Origin: the human T2T-CHM13v2.0 reference genome, Homo sapiens
Length of the DNA stretch: 64,000 bases
NCBI RefSeq assembly: GCF_009914755.1
Contig: NC_060935.1
Strand: one strand, 5' to 3'
Below, in pieces: positions 1 to 10,929 of this stretch. Below the pieces are notes generated by a model that was not told the DNA's origin, made no database searches, and was given only the letters and a program-made list of their open reading frames with translations. A program made the translations under genes and the position numbers. Position 1 is the stretch's first letter. Each line of letters opens with the position of its first letter.

Positions 1-152
1 CACACCACCACACCCAGCTAGTTTGTTATTTTTTGTAGAGACAAGGTCTTGCCATGTTGCCCAGGCTGGCCTTAAACCCCTGGGCTCAAGCAGTCCTCCC
101 ACCTCGGCCTCCCAAAGTGCTGGGATTACAAGTGTGAGCCACTATGCCCAGC
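1..152 (-). mobile_element. Alu (partial, cut by window edge)
   Basis: Reverse-complement Alu left arm: CTCCCAAAGTGCTGGGATTACAAGTGTGAGCCAC. Confidence 0.9.
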
Positions 153-311
153 CTACACTCTTTTTCCAAATAAAGTCACATCCCCAGGAACTGGGCCTTC
201 AGACATGAGCGCTCCTTGGTGAGCCACCGTTCACCCGTTACGGTCCTCCAAACCAAATGCCTGGTTCTTCGTTGCTGTTTTCCAAATGCTACCTCCTTAC
301 TGGCTGACTAG

Positions 312-671
<360 letters not shown>

Positions 672-996
672 TAGATAACAGTGTGACCCTAACGTAATAA
701 AACTGTATCTCACACAGTAACACTTTTCAGTTATTTTTACCCACTCTGATCTTCTGCTGGCCCAAAGTTAATCTGAGTGAGGCTCACCCACAGCCAGGTA
801 AACACGACATGAAACAAGCCTCCCTTTTTTTGAGGATAGAATGTAAACTTCAGGGTCAGAATAGTATTGCTTTTCTGCCTGTTGTGAGTCTTGCTGGGGC
901 TGAAGCCCACAAGCATTGTAGTCCAATGGAACCTCCTGGAAGCCTTGTGAAATAAATCTTCGCAGGATTTATCTTAGATCTCCCAAGGCAGCATGC

Positions 997-1155
997 CACA
1001 GCATCAGAGGCAGGGAGACCCCAGTTTCACAGCATCAAAGGCAGGGGGACCCCGGTTTCATAGCATCAGAGGCGGGGGACCCCAGTTTCATAGCATCAGA
1101 GGCGGGGGACCCCGGTTTCATAGCATCAGAGGCAGGGGGACCCCGGTTTCATAGC
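997..1155. repeat. Intronic minisatellite, ~5 copies of ~31 bp
   Basis: Tandem CATAGCATCAGAGGC(A)GGGGGACCCCRGTTT units. Confidence 0.9.
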
Positions 1156-1297
1156 TCGGCCAGTGTCCCCGGCCTGAGCACGGGCATCCCCCACACCTGC
1201 CATCGTGGAAGGTCCTGTGCGGGGAGTAACCCATTAGTCATTTGCTTGTATGATCCAGCATGGGAATTCCGGCCTGGGGTCTCTCCAGTTTTGGTAA

Positions 1298-1558
<261 letters not shown>

Positions 1559-1654
1559 TGAGGTTATTTCCATGAAGGATTGAAAAACTTTCTTATATAC
1601 ACAGTAACTTTTTTACTGTCCTCCTTTCTGCAAAGGGACAAGTATGTTTAAAGC

Positions 1655-2365
1655 GTTTTTTAAATTTACTTTTTTCGTGTTGACAAATAAAAATTCTATA
1701 TATTGATGGTGTCCAACATGACATTTCGATATGTGTGTCACAGTGGAATGGCTAAGTCAAGCTATTTCACATGTGCGTGCCTTACCCCACACGCCTATTA
1801 TTTGTGTGTGGTAAGAGCACTTAAAATCTACTCTCTTAGCAATTTTCCTATATTAACTACAGTCACCATGTCATGCACTGGAGCTGTTGAACTTACTTCT
1901 TTTGTGGCCTTTGACCAACAATCTCCCCACCCACCAGCCCCTGGTAGCCACCATCGCACTCTCTGCTTCCACAAGATCACCTTTTCAAGATTCCACAGAC
2001 GAATCAGACCATGCGGTATTTGTCTTTCTCTGCCTGGCTTATTTCCCTTTAAGATGTTCATGTAGGTTCATCCGTATTGTTGCAAATGGCAGAATTTCCT
2101 TCTTTCCTAAGGCTGCATAGTTCTCCACTGTGTGTGCACCGCACTTTCTCTATCCACTCATCCATCGGTGCGCGCTCAGGCTGATTCCACAGCTGTGCTG
2201 TTGGGAATGGCGCTGTGGTGAACGCGGGCGTGCAGATGTCTCGTCGGCAGATGAGTTCATTTCCTGTCAGTTATACCCGGTAATGGGGTGGCTGGATCGC
2301 AGGGTAGTTCTATTTTTAATCTTTGGAGGAATCTCTGCACTGCCTTCCACAATGGCTACACTAAT
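1655..2365 (-). mobile_element. Old L1 (L1MA/L1MB-like) 3' end
   Basis: Antisense L1 3'UTR/ORF2-end motifs such as GTTGCAAATGGCAGAATTTCCTTC and TTCCACAATGGCT. Confidence 0.75.
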
Positions 2366-2725
2366 TGCTGAGTGTGTTTAGAGTCTGGCATGCACTCCTT
2401 TTGGCTAGGCTCTATTTGCTGGCATTACATAAACTAAAATTAGCAGCTGGACACCCCTCTATGAGTATGGTGACAATCACTGTCGTTTCTAAGTAGCCAG
2501 GGTATCCAGATGGCGTCATGGCTTCCAACCCACCCTGCTTTCCTTTTCTTTTTCTAATTAATTATTAATAGAATCAAGAAAGGACAATACAATCAATGAA
2601 AAAGGATAGGCCCTTCCCTTTTCCAAAGCCAGTTTGGGAGCCATGACAGAGCAGCTTGGCCATGGCCTCCCTAGCGCAGGGGATCATCTGACGAGAGGAG
2701 AGAGCCGGCCAGTGAGTCACTGTCA

Positions 2726-3073
<348 letters not shown>

Positions 3074-3330
3074 CTAGAGGACACCTAGTGTCCTTCCAGC
3101 ACCTGTGAGACCATAGCACAGTGTGATCAGTGCACAACAGAGGCACACACAGGTGCTGTATGACCACAGAGTAGTAACCTTCTAATCAGGAAGATGTCTT
3201 GAACTCTTCCTTAAGGACATGAGGAAAACCCGCCTGTGCTGAGCTAGAGGCCACAAGATGCCGCTTTATACCTCATGATCGGTGACAGCATCTCTGAGCA
3301 GGTGGCCTGTAAAACGAGGGTGGATCAGTG

Positions 3331-3565
3331 GCAGGGGTTCTACATCTGGGACCGTTGACCCCCCCGAGGAGACATTAGGCGATGACTGGAGATGATTTTG
3401 GTTATCATGACTGGGCTGGGGTCTGTGCTCCCAGCATCCCGTGGGTGGAGCCCAGGGATGCTGCTGAATGTCCTACTGTGTGCAGGATGGGCCCCTCCCA
3501 ACCCCACACCCAGCAGAGAATTCTTTGTTCCACGTGTTGGTGGTGCCAAGGTTGAGGAATGCTGA
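3331..3565. mobile_element. MER20-like hAT MITE
   Basis: Resembles recalled MER20 consensus (GGAGATGATTTTGGTTATCATGACTGGG...CCAGGGATGCTGCTGAATGTCCTAC...GCCAAGGTTGAG). Confidence 0.7.
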
Positions 3566-4277
3566 CATTTGGGACTAGAAGACATTTGGGGCTGCATGGT
3601 TGTAAGGAAGAGATACTGTATCTGGCTGATTTCCGTGGAAAGGAACTTGCTCAAAGAGTGACTTAGAGGGTGGAAGGGAGGGCAGGGGTCACAGGGTCTG
3701 GAAAGCTGGGACTCAGGCCAGGTGGCTGCTGCCCTATATCCCCTGCTGTGGCTGGACGGAGCCCACACGCCACACCCAGCCTGGGCTGGATGCCAATCTG
3801 CTCTGCCATCCCTGAGTCCCAGTGTCCCTGGGTCACCAGGCAGTGGAGTGGCCAAGCCTCGGGTGATGGGCCCTGTCATCTGGCCACCCAGGGCAGGAGA
3901 GGGAGCTGCCCCAGCTCTGGCCTCTGTAGTGGGAGGTGGGGGCTTGGCTCCCACCAAGATGTACTCAGGGGCGGGCTCCCCCAGATCAGGAAGGGGGTTC
4001 AGACACTATGCAGCCAAAAGAGTGACGCATGTGGGAGCATCAGAGACAGCTGCAGGTAAAGGTGGAGACGCTGCTGTCATCTGCAGTGACAGCTATGCGT
4101 GTTCTGGACCCGCCCCTCCAGGCTTTTCCAGCACACACGCCCAGCATCTGGTGGGGACTCTGGTAATTTACTTTTTCACCTCTGGGACTTGTGACCCGCT
4201 TTTGGTGCGTGCCAGTGTTTCAACAGCCCCACAGTCCGTCTTTGCGGGGCTGTGGTGTCACAGGCCTCTCTTTCCAG

Positions 4278-4328
4278 GTGCTACAGCTCGAGAGGGCAGA
4301 GCCACAGTCCCTGGACGGCGTGGACTGA
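4278..4328 (+). CDS. NADSYN1: NAD+ synthetase terminal coding exon
   Basis: ctctctttccag|GTG CTA CAG...GTG GAC TGA; VLQLERAEPQSLDGVD*, in phase with the previous exon. Confidence 0.92.
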   Translation: MLQLERAEPQSLDGVD

Positions 4329-4493
4329 GGCCGGTTCCTTCCTGGAGGCCTCCTGTCCTCGGGGACCCCAGCACCTCATCATCAGCATTGCTGGAGCCAA
4401 GGGTAGGAGCCCTACACTAGGAGCCCAGGATGGGACGGCGCATCAGCCGAGAGGGAGGGAACTTTTCAGTCAAATTCCTCAAAAAGAGGCTGG

Positions 4494-4499
4494 AATAAA
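4494..4499 (+). terminator. NADSYN1: NADSYN1 polyadenylation signal
   Basis: First AATAAA ~165 nt after the stop codon. Confidence 0.8.
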
Positions 4500-5264
4500 G
4501 CCTGGGCTTAAAAAGAGGCTGGAATCCAATGCACATGATTTTGACCTCCCGCCAGCGTGCGCTTCCCCGCGAAGTCTGGCATTCTCCGAAGGAAGCCGCC
4601 TGGGTAGGAGGGTTCCAACCGCCGCCCCGTGTGGCATCTTTGCTGCAGGAACAAGAACAGTAGCTCCCGGGAAGGGAGGGGTGTCATGAGCAGAAAATGA
4701 AGGAGAGAAGACCTTCTCTCCCACCCACACACACCTTCCTGTCCTGGGTTCCAGAAGGTTCTGGGGAGATGGTCCCTGCAGAGCTTTCTTCCTGGGAGTC
4801 TGGGGACCAGTCGGCCTTACTCCTGTCCTGTGGGAGAACCACCCCATCTAGGCATGGGGCCAGGTGTGGGGCAGGGGCGTGGCACTGTGGGTCCCCCTTC
4901 CTGCTGATCTTCATGCCATTCTGGGCACCTTTGTCTGTTTATGGAATGGGGTGAGGAGCGGCTTTTCTGTCCTCTCCAGAGCTCCCCTTGGTCCTGGAAC
5001 CCTCTCTCCCGGGTTGCCCCAGGGAGTCTCAGCCTCCCATCCTTGCAGGGTGAAGATGAGACGAAGATGGGTGCACAGGCCAGAGCCTCCAGGGGAGTGG
5101 AGTGGGTTTGGGATCTGTGCTGCCCACCGGGTGTCCGCTCTTTCTCTCCCCCATGTCTGGCCCCTCTGCCTGGGACACTCCTGCTTCCCAGCCTCACCTA
5201 GAGCCCCACACCAAACCCAGGGCCCGGGCTGGGACACAGACCACAGCTGAGGGTGAATTTCCCA

Positions 5265-6017
5265 GGAGGTGCTGTCGGGATAGCAGAAAGTGGGGGACAC
5301 TCGGCAGGTGCTGTCTGGATAGTAGAAAGTGGGGGGCACTCGGCAGGTGCTGTCTGGATAGTAGAAAGTGGGGAGCACTCGGCAGGTGCTGTCGGGATAG
5401 TAGAGAGTGGGGGCACTCGGCAGGTGCTCTCTGGATAGCAGAAAGTGGGGGGCACTCGGCAGGTACTGTCGGGATAGTAGAGAGTGGGGGACACTCAGCA
5501 GGTGCTGTCTGGATAGCAGAAAGTGGGGGGCACTCGGCAGGTGCTGTTGGGATAGTAGAAAGTGGGGGGCACTCAGCAGGTGCTGTTGTGATAGAGAGTG
5601 GGGGGCACTCGGCAGGTGCTGTCTGGATAGTAGAAAGTGGGGGGCACTCGGCAGGTGCTGTCGGGATAGTAGAGAGTGGGGGGCACTCGGCAGGTGCTGT
5701 CTGGATAGTAGAAAGTGGGGGGGGGCACTCGGCAGGTGCTGTTGGGATAGTAGAAAGTGGGGGGCACTCGGCAGGTGCTGTCGGGATAGTAGAGAGTGGG
5801 GGGCACTCGGCAGGTGCTGTCTGGATAGTAGAAAGTGGCGGGCACTCGGCAGGTGCTGTTGGGATAGTAGAAAGTGGGGGGCACTCAGCAGGTGCTGTTG
5901 GGATAGTAGAAAGTAGGGGGCACTCAGCAGGTGCTGTCGGGATAGCAGAAAGTGGGGGGCACCCGGCAGGTGCTGTCGGGATAGTAGAGAGTGGGGGGCA
6001 CTCGGCAGGTGCTGTCA
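5265..6017. repeat. G-rich VNTR, ~19 copies of 39 bp
   Basis: Unit GCAGGTGCTGTCTGGATAGTAGAAAGTGGGGGGCACTCG; explains the repetitive ORFs in 5102..6109. Confidence 0.97.
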
Positions 6018-6394
6018 GGCGGAGTGGTCACCACCGTTGTTGTCTTCTCCGTCACTTCCTCCAGAGTCTGTTACCCACGTCACATCGTGGATGCCCCCTG
6101 CCCGGATAGGTCTGAGTGCACTGGGGTGGCCGGCACCCCACACCTTCTCAGGGAGCACCCAGCAGGATACCTGAGATTCTCCTTAGGCCTTGGATGGGAG
6201 CTGGAGGCTTCTGGCTGCCTCCTGCACCCCAGATGTGTGGCAACGGGGTGGGGAGTGTGTCACCCGAAAGATGATCAGGTGAGGCTGGGACCCTGAAGGC
6301 AGCCCCATCCTGTGGAATTACCCTCGGAGGCTCCAAAACTTCCCACCTGCAGGAACTGAGCTCAGGGGCACCAGACCCTGGTCCCCAACCTTCA

Positions 6395-7180
6395 AGTTAT
6401 AGGGTGGTGTCCCCCAGTTACAGGGCAGTGTCCCCAGTTACAGGATACTGTCCCTCAGTCATAGGTTAGTATCTTCTGGTTACAGGATAGCATCCCGTCA
6501 GTTACAGGGCAGTGTCCCCCCAGTCATAGCATAGTGTATCCCCAAGTTACAGGGTAGTGTCCCCAGTTATAAGGCAATGTTCCCCCATTATAGTGTCCCC
6601 AGTTATGAGGTAATGTCTCCCAGTTACAGGGTAATGTCCCCCAGTTATAGGGTGATGTCCCCACAGTTATAGGGTGATGTCCCCACAGTTATAGGGTGAT
6701 GTCCCCACAGTTACAGGTGAATGTCCCCCCAGTTATAGGGTGATGTCCCCCAGTTATAGGTGAATGTCTCCCCAGTTATAGGGTAAGTCCCCACAGTTAT
6801 AGGGTGACGTCCATCAGTTATAGGGCAATGTCCCCCCAGTTACTGGGCTGTGTCCCCCAATTACAGGGCAATGTCCCCTCATAGTGTCTCCCAGTTATAC
6901 AGTATTGTCCCCCCATTATAAGGTAGTATCCCCAGTTACTAGATAGTGTCCCCCAGTAACAGGATAATGTCCCCCAATTGCAGGGCAATGTCCCCCATTA
7001 TAGTGTCCCCAAGTTATAAGCTGGAGTCCCCCAGTAACAGGATAATAGGATAGTGTTCCCCAGTACAGGGCAGTGTCCCCAGTTACTCACTAGTGTCCCC
7101 TAGTAACAGGGCAGTGTCCACCCAGATACAGCCTAGTGTCCCTCAGTTACACAATAGTGTGTCCCCCAGTGGTAGGACAG
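6395..7180. repeat. Degenerate C-rich minisatellite, ~21-23 bp unit
   Basis: Repeats of CCCCAGTTAYAGGGYRRTGT; most homogeneous at 6640-6830. Confidence 0.92.
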
Positions 7181-8452
7181 TCTACTACTGAGTCCTCCTG
7201 GCATGAGTCGAGCTGAGATTAGGATAGGGTAATGACCCTTCAGTTTTGGGGAAGGGACCAGAGCTCGGCCAGTGAGAAGCTTCCAGCTCCGTCTGGCCAT
7301 ATCCAGGCTGCTGAGGGTCCTGGGCTCTGTCCTTAAACCTCATCACTGACATGACCCAGCAAACCTCCTCAAGAGGAAAAAGTCCCCTTGGGTCAAACAC
7401 AGCTTGTGCAGTTCTCGGGGACCTCCTCCTGCCATCCTGGGGATGCTGTGGAGAATGGAGATGCACAGGGGGCTTTGTCCTCTCCTCTGCCTTTTGGAGA
7501 AAATATTTCACTCAAGGCAAACGCAGCCTGAGGGCAGCACAGGGGACCCCAAGGCTCACTGCGCATTTCTAGTCGCCCCCAAACGCGTGGGTTTTCCTCC
7601 TGTTCTCCTCGTGGGTGCCTTTGCTCATTCTCATCCTCCTGTTCTCATCCAGTCTGCCCAGTCTGACCGGCTCCCAGCAGCATCCGCCCAAAAGTTTCTC
7701 CCATGACAGCAGGAAGCAGCCTCAGACAATACATGATGGACAGGCCTGGCTGTGTTCCAATAGAACCCCGAGTCAGTCAGCCCGAGCCTCCCTCTCAGCT
7801 GGATACTGTTAATGACAGGGGTACACATTCCCCTCCCCTTTCCAATGTTTTAAAACTCTAGGACAGTGATTCTCAAACACTTTGGTCTCAAAACCCCTAA
7901 GAGCATTTGCTTATGTGGCTTTTATCTGTTGATAGTTGCTACCTGAGAAATTAAAACTGAGAAATCTAAAAATAGATTTATTTTAGGAAGTCACTAAAAA
8001 TAATAAGCCCATTGCATGTTAACATGAAATAGCATATTTTTACAAAAAAATAAATTTTCTAAAAACAAAACATCTAAGTGAGAAGAGTGGCATTGTTGTA
8101 CTTGTTTTGCAAATCTTTTCAGTGTCCGGTTTATGAGATGACAGCACTTTGGTTTGTTGCCAACCATTCACTTATAAAGAAACCCTTTTCCAATAATTAG
8201 CTGGGGCTGGTGCTAGAGCAATACCAGAAGTTCAGCGATGTCTGTAGATTTGTCCAAATGTATGTGAAGAGACTGTGTTTACTCAGTTTTTATGTTTGCA
8301 GTTAAATCTTCAATTTGATGAGTTATTTTATCATTGCAAAGTGGCAGTGTCAGGGTTTCCTTTATTGACTTATCCAGCAGGCATTCAGCTATATCAACTC
8401 TACATATGAAGTAAGGAGTTGAATTAAGCAGAGTAGTTAATAAAAAGCTTTT

Positions 8453-9403
8453 TTTTTTCATGTTTTAAAAATGTGACGTTGTCAGGCCTCTGAGCCCAAG
8501 CTCATGTCCTCTGTAACCTGCACGTACACATCCAGATGGCCGGTTCCTGCCTTAACTGATGACATTCCACCACAAAAGAAGTGAAAATGGCCTGTTCCTG
8601 CCTTAACTGATGACACTATCTTGTGAAATTCCTTCTCCTGGCTCATCCTGGCTCAAAAGCTCCCCTACTGAGCACCTTGTGACCTCCACTCCTGTCTGCC
8701 AGAGAACAACCCCCCTTTGACTGTAATTTTCCTTTACCTACCCAAATCTTATAAAACGGCCCCACCCCTATCTCCTTTCGCTGACTCTTTTCAGACTCAG
8801 CCCGCCTGCACCCAGGTGAAATAAACAGCCTTGTTGCTCACACAAAGCCTGTTTGGTGGTCTCTTCACACCGATGCGAGTGAAAACTGTTTTATTTCTAC
8901 CCGCAGGCGGGGCCTGCCAGAGGAGGTGGGTGTGCTGGGCTCAGGGGACGTGTGGGCTGTGAGGAGGAGATGGTGACAGGAAGCTGGAAGGAAAGGGGGT
9001 GGCTTTGGAGGCCAGGCCGAAGGGGCCCTCAGGTCTGCTTGTAGGGTGGGATAGCCTTGAGGAGGGAGTCATGGCAATGCACAGCCAGGCTGCCAATTTT
9101 GAATTAAGAAATTCTTGGAAATCTAGCTGCCTGTTACTGTTGACATCCAGTCTTTTCGTCATGCAGTCAAGGACACTGCGGTCCTTCTGCTTCTTTGTGA
9201 CGGCAGCCTCTTCTGTGTTCATGAAGCTTAGGAACTCCGTCTTGGAGAGAGCAGTTGTAACCATCCTCTCCAGGATCCTTCTGGAAAACAGCAATCAGGG
9301 ACTCAATGCACCACTCAGTCTCTGCAGGGCTGGAGATTTTTGCCAGGTTGTAGCTGAGTGAGGCATGGGAGGCTGTACTTGGGAGTGGTGTGGAGACCTC
9401 TGG
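8453..9403 (-). pseudogene. S100A11P3: S100A11 (calgizzarin) processed pseudogene
   Basis: Intronless minus-strand remnant LSKTEFLSFMNTE...QLDFQEFLN; start mutated ATG>CTG (9344-9346), frameshifts, stop 9029-9031; poly(A) tail near 8453; 12-bp TSD TAAAAAGCTTTT at 8441-8452 and 9404-9415. The P3 suffix is from memory. Confidence 0.92.
8480..8884 (+). mobile_element. HERV-H solo LTR (LTR7)
   Basis: TGTCAGGCCTCTGAGCCCAAGC start, duplicated GTTCCTGCCTTAACTGATGACA, TATAAAA 8750-8756, AATAAA 8820-8825, ends GCGAGTGAAA. Confidence 0.95.
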
Positions 9404-9539
9404 TAAAAAGCTTTTGAAAAGGATGATTCTATTCCATTAGGATTGGCTTATATGAGGGGAAAAATAGGATTGTATATAGTTAAAGAAAAAACAATTCATT
9501 GGCCCATGTCAGATCTAACAAATCAAAACACATGGAAGC

Positions 9540-9987
9540 TGTGGCGTCCTAATCAGGGAAAAGGAGCCAGGGTGGCAGGACCAAGGGAAAGCAAAAAGAG
9601 AAAGCAGATAAGCTACAAGTCTGCATTTCTTCACAGTCCAGCACACACAGCCCTCCTGTGCATATAGCTCACAATCTTCCCATGCCCAGGTATCACCAGA
9701 CCCTCAGCTGATAGAAAAATGCAAGTTAGCTCACTGCAACCTTGGCATTGTAGGTATTGTATGCAGCCCTCTTCAGCACATGGCCCAGGAACCATCCTGT
9801 AAAATCCCCTGCAAGCCTTTGTCTCCTTGCAGTCAGCTCCTCTTCTCCTGGCCTGCCCATTGCCTTCTTGCAATGTACTTTCTTCCTTTCTTTAATAAAT
9901 CTGCCTTTTTTTAAAACCTACAAGTTTCTTGGTAAACTCTTTTACCCCTGTGACACCAGCCTCAGATAGTCGCCATCACCCACCATA
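9540..9987 (+). mobile_element. Solo ERV LTR (LTR47-like)
   Basis: TGTGGCGTCCTAATCAGGGAAAAGGAG start, AATAAA, 5-bp TSD GAAGC; related copy at 60914-61351; family name tentative. Confidence 0.75.
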
Positions 9988-10929
9988 GAAGCTACTCCTG
10001 GAGAGCTGATTATTTTTAATTTGCAGATAATTTATTCGTGTATTTTTCAAATACGTATTGCGACTCCTCTTCTGGTTCTGATGGAACAGCTCATATTTGA
10101 GCTACAGAATCACTGAGAACAAGTAGGAAAGCCAGAAAAAATTAACACAAAACAGCAGTTGAAAGCACTAGAGAGAAACCCAGGTGTCCAGGACAGGAGG
10201 TGCCTGGATCCTGGTGAGAAGGGAAATGAATGCATCAGGTGCCAGCGCTCCACTCTCCTCCCGTGGGGCCTCTGCCCATTCGTTAGCGACAGAGAGAACA
10301 AGAGCACAAGCAGAAAGCAGCTGAGGCATTGGCAGTTCCTTCCGAAAATCAGACTTTAGGGTGACAAAGGCAGCCAGAGCTTGCAGGGCAAAGCTTCCAG
10401 GGAAAAGAAGAGCTCAGAGAAGTGAGTCCAGTGTGCAGCAGCTCCTCTTCCCTTGAAGATTATGAAACTGCCTGGGGAAAGAGGACAAGGAGCTAAGCAA
10501 AAAGCATCCATGAAGAGCCTTTAAAGCAAAACAGAGATTATGGAGGTTTTGTAGCTCTGGAAAATAAATATTTAATTTTAGGATTAATAAGAAAGGGCTT
10601 GGTAAAAACTTAAGGCTTTCTATTGAAACCCCTCAAGACTATATACTGGGAGAAGTACAGGCCAGAAATAGAGACTCCTTCACAAAGAATAAAGCCTGGC
10701 CTCTTATCTTACTGCCTCACTGGATCAATGTGATCTGCTGCTTGTCTAACTGTTTCGCAGAAGGAAAACAAATGGTCTCTGCAAGAAAGTAACATCACTC
10801 AAAACCTTTCTCAGTTTTTTATACTCTTTATCTGAATTCAATAAAAGATCACTAGGAACTCTATAAAAATATACTTAAAATGTAATATAAATCATAATAC
10901 ATACAAAGCTATAAAAATATATTCAAAAT

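Larger units (their letters stand above)
7864..10115. mobile_element. hAT Charlie1-like DNA transposon fossil, interrupted by later insertions
   Basis: Terminus CAGTGATTCTCAAACACTTTGGTCTCA resembles Charlie1; minus ORF 8279..8461 (DIAECLLDK...PLCNDKITHQIEDL) resembles Buster/ZBED5-type transposase; possible right TIR AGAATCACTG at 10106-10115, but no matching 8-bp TSD. Confidence 0.65.

Noticed and set aside
3340-5250. Multiple 120-230-aa ORFs around the last NADSYN1 exon
   Set aside because: GC-rich intron, UTR and MER20 sequence with no recognisable domains; only 4278-4328 fits the spliced frame.
5102-6109. 335-aa ORF with GGHSAGAVGIVES repeats
   Set aside because: Translation of a 39-bp (13-codon) VNTR; several frames are open, the start is non-ATG, and there is no gene context.
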